Source: Octopus vulgaris (taxonomy: Eukaryota). Taken from it: a stretch of DNA of 64,000 bases. Numbering within the stretch: position 1 is the first letter of the stretch; every line of letters begins with the position of its first letter. This document shows positions 60,380-64,000 of the stretch, one piece after another. The stretch covers positions 38,440,001-38,504,000 of the forward strand of contig OX597819.1 of assembly GCA_951406725.2 (NCBI GenBank), given 5' to 3'. The notes beneath the pieces were generated by a model that was not told where the DNA came from, searched no databases, and worked only from the letters and a program-made list of their open reading frames with translations. The position numbers were made by a program, and so were the translations under genes.

Positions 60380-61118
60380 GTTTTTGTATATACATACCCA
60401 TAAGTTAAAACATATTCAAATTTTGGTAATAAGCCCACCAGTTTTAGGGGGACGGAGTTAATCGATTACATCAACTCCTGTACTCGACTGGTACTTTATT
60501 TTACCGATCACGAAATGACAACAGGCAAAATTAACCTTGTCGGGATTTGAACTCGAGACGTAAAGAATCGAAAGAAATGCTCTTAAATATTTTGTTCGAC
60601 GCACTAATGATTCTCTAAGCCTTCATATAAACGCAATTGAACTGGTTATGCGTGTGTGTGCTATATGTACTGATGAAATTCTTTTTCAAAATTCAAATAT
60701 ATGATATTTGCATGGGAAAATAATTACAACTGGTTTAGATTTCTTGCACAGTCAACGAACTACTTATGTTGAAACTTGTTTGCCTCTCTTTTACTTCTCA
60801 GACAGAACTGATATCATCTTGTATATTATTCACTGTTCTAGGGGGGATTAAAAATGAAGATTTTGCATTGCATTTTATTTTTCTTCCTTGGGGAAGCATT
60901 GTTGGTTATTGTTTAGATCTAAGCCACCCTTGTTTATGTAGATCTTTGATTAAAGACCTTCCAGCAACGGTCATCCGTTTTTAGTGACATCTAGGACTAT
61001 ATTGAACGTGCACATCACATCTCCCTCATTTTTCTCTTTTTTTTTTTTATTATTATTTTTCCTATTCATTACACTGTAAGGGTTTATAATTTGAAACGAT
61101 TCGGCTGCTAATTGTAGC

Positions 61119-61149
61119 ATGTCTTCAGATCGCGTAGGTTCTCCGCCCA
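61119..61149 (+). CDS. Possible alternative first coding exon (MSSDRVGSPP, phase 1)
   Basis: ATG in a CpG-enriched patch, perfect GTAAGT donor at 61150; no homology evidence. Confidence 0.25.
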
Positions 61150-61499
61150 GTAAGTGTATGTAGGTCGAATCAAATGCTCTATATATTTTTACAGATTTTA
61201 CGTTTAAGTAAAAAAAAAAAATTGGATTTGAATAAATAACCAAAAATCTTGCCTTCCCCGCTGCCAACACACGACCCTTAGTTTTTTTCACTGTGAAGGG
61301 GAGAGAACGAAAAGTGAAAGCAACTGTGCTACTACGACTACTACTGTAAAACCACCGACGCAAACACCACGGCTCTAGTCTGTCACTCCATTTCTTGAAA
61401 AGAGGTGCAAATCATCACAAGATGGAAGCACGTGTGTAGGTTGTCTACGCCAAGTGCGTGGGCAGCTGTGGAGATTTATATAAGTGGCTCGTTAACGTT

Positions 61500-61878
61500 A
61501 CTCTTTTTTTTTTTACTTGTTTCAGTCATTTGACTGTGGCCATCCTTGAGCACCTCCTTTAGCCGAACAAATCGACCCCAGGACTTATTCTTTGCAAGCC
61601 TAGTACTTATTCTATCGGCCTTTATTGCCGAGCCGCTAAGTTATGGGGACGTAAACACACCAGCATCGGTGGTCAAACGATGTTGGGGGGACAAACAGAG
61701 ACACACAAACATATATACGACGGGATTCTTTCAGTTTCCGTCTACCAAATCCACTCACAAGGCTTTGGTCGGCCCGGGGCTATAGTAGAAGACACTTGCC
61801 CAAGGTGCCACACAGTGGGACTGAACCCGGAACGACGTGGTTGGTAAGGAACCTACTTACCACACAGCCACTACTGCT
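61500..61878 (-). mobile_element. SINE family A, full length
   Basis: Complete head and tail, CpGs largely retained. Confidence 0.85.
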
Positions 61879-62404
61879 CTTCACTGTGAAGGGGAGAGAA
61901 CGAAAAGTGAAAGCAACTGCGCTACTACGACTGTAAAACCACCGACGCAAACACCGCGGCTCTAGTCTCTCACTCCATTTCTCGTCTCTAGTCTCTCACA
62001 TCACATTCATTATTTAATTCCCCCATGTTCTGTACATGTATTCCTATTTATAAAGTATTTCTTTTCTAAATTTTGGAATACTTCGTAGAATTTGTTGCGG
62101 GTTTTACCTCTGGGTTATTGCAGATCAAGCATCCCTACGTGTTCAAGGCGATGTAGCCTTCTATTTAAAAAATTCAAACAGTAATGTCTAGGACTACAGT
62201 ATTCAATGTGAATTTGTTTTTAAATAAACAGGTATGGTGTGATTGGAGAGAAGTCTGTCTGCTATTTCTAGCATACCGAGCGTTCAAATAAAGGTTCCCT
62301 CGTTAGCCTTTATGTAAATTAGGGGGCAATTTTCTACTGTAAACTTTGTTATCTGTAATATAGTGTAAATTAGCCTTTTTTTCTCCGTAGCTGCCTCTTA
62401 CGTA

Positions 62405-62610
62405 ACATACATACGTACAAACAAATAAACTGAACAATGACATACATACATACATACACAATACATACATACATACATACATACATACATACATACATAC
62501 ACACACACACATACATACATCAACATACATACATAATACATACACACATACATAATACATACATACATACATAATACATACATACATCAACACACGCACA
62601 CATACATACT
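62405..62610. repeat. (CATA)n-rich microsatellite
   Basis: Direct inspection; similar tract at 62970-63015. Confidence 0.9.
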
Positions 62611-63223
62611 GCTGCGGAAAGATTTACTGATAAGTGACAAAAAGAGAATTAAGATGGATACTGTAATAGAGAAATAGCAGACGACGTATCACGTGATGGC
62701 ATATGCTATTTGTGTCTGTTCATGGTGTGCCGTCAGTGTTTTCATTTCAGTGTTTACGTTAGTCTACATATTTAAACAAATAAAGAAAAAAAAAACAAAA
62801 AGCTTCGTTCATTATTCCTCCGCTGCCCACGGCAACGAGGGGATCCTCCATATGGCCGCTCACATTTCCAAGAAATAGCAGTCGAATATATCACTATTGC
62901 TGTGTTGTCGATGTGGTCTGTTTCGTGGCGCAGAGGAAATTATATAAATGGTGTGATTCACACGAAAGTTATACATACATACATACATACATACATACAT
63001 ACATACATACATACATGTGTATACATATATATACATATATATATATATATGTGTGTGTGTGTTCAATGCCACGCATCCATTTCCAGGTATATGTGTATAT
63101 AGTCATGTATGTATGTATGTATATGCTGGTCGTCTTCTGGGCATCCACTTAGCCCTGATCCTGAAGTCACTAACTATCAGCCTATGTATGGGGTACATTC
63201 TTTGCCTGGGAAGGTTTTGGCAT

Positions 63224-63930
63224 TTATAAGCAGCTATCTTTCCCTTTTTCTGGTGAGGATGTAGTCAATTTGGCTAGTGTGTCTGCCAGAAGAGTAGGTG
63301 AATAGGTGACTGGTAGGTTTTCTGAAGTTAGTATTGCAAACCATAAGATCATTTGCATCGCAGAACTCCAGCAGCCTGGTTCCCTCGTCATTGCGGGAAC
63401 CAAAACCGTAGCTTCCATGTATGTCATGGAAGCCCCCTGTATGTTGTCCAACATGTCCATTGAGGTCACCAGCCACAAAGAGAAAGTCCCTCTCATTCAT
63501 CAACGAGGTAGTCTGCAAGAGGGTGTCATAGAATCGGTCTTTCTGTCCATCGGGTAACCCATGCTAACCCATGATGAAGCACTAATCTAATCTTAAGTAT
63601 TCTGTCGCATACTCTGACTACCTCAATTACCTTATCCACCCATTTCTCTGCAAGAAGTATACCCACACTCCTTACCCCATCAGTGTTCCCTGCCCAGAAA
63701 ATCTTATACCTGTGTTCTTTGCTTCTGAGGAACCTAGTGGAACCTCCTCTCCACCTTACTTCTTGCACATATCGACACATTTCCGTTCAAGCTTCTCAAT
63801 AATCTCACCAGACCTACCTTTTAGTGTGCCGACATTGAGAGTGCCAACCCTGAGGGTGTGGGAGGTATGGGCCCTTGAGACCCTGGGACGGGGGACAGCA
63901 GCGTCATGTACCTGAAAAGAGAGCTCGCAT
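63224..63930 (-). pseudogene. RTE-clade LINE AP-endonuclease domain fragment
   Basis: RVGTLNVGTL, QEVRWRG, VGILL, AGDLNGHVG, NTNFRK, QIDYIL motifs across frameshifts. Confidence 0.88.
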
Positions 63931-64000
63931 TTGGCAGGATTCATAAACAGTAGCCTTAAGTTCAACCTGCATATACTACACTATCATATTTTTGCACTAT

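Noticed and set aside
62810-62945. Imperfect inverted repeat in a CpG-rich patch
   Set aside because: Too degenerate, no TSD, cannot be told from chance without alignment

Overview
Eukaryotic, AT-rich, microsatellite- and SINE-dense animal DNA; the repeat families look like octopus/cephalopod (inferred from recall, not searched). Four intron-containing genes were reconstructed by hand from splice sites: (1) the last two coding exons of an espin/forked-like gene (+, 1-1755); (2) complete mitochondrial ribosomal protein MRPS18A/mL66 (-, 5 exons, 20619-5870, 167 aa); (3) complete tektin-1 (-, 7 exons, 56216-27295, 405 aa) with an RFX X-box promoter; (4) exon 1 of the mitochondrial citrate carrier SLC25A1 (+, 57800-57929), head-to-head with tektin. 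The rest is transposon debris: mariner, Tc1, hAT-, piggyBac- and Merlin-like MITEs, non-autonomous Helitrons, RTE and CR1 LINE pieces, tRNA-SINEs and Penelope-like elements (PLEs). The most notable signals are RNA-structural. Two unrelated short elements (35962-36027, 55378-55442) carry all three hammerhead-ribozyme core strands in a non-circularly permuted order with covarying stems. Several minimal type-I hammerhead variants also occur, and a 2.6-kb zero-spacer palindrome of a PLE GIY-YIG endonuclease end lies in a tektin intron. Nothing was computed or searched; family names come from motif recognition, and most ORF-track entries are spurious microsatellite/SINE translations.
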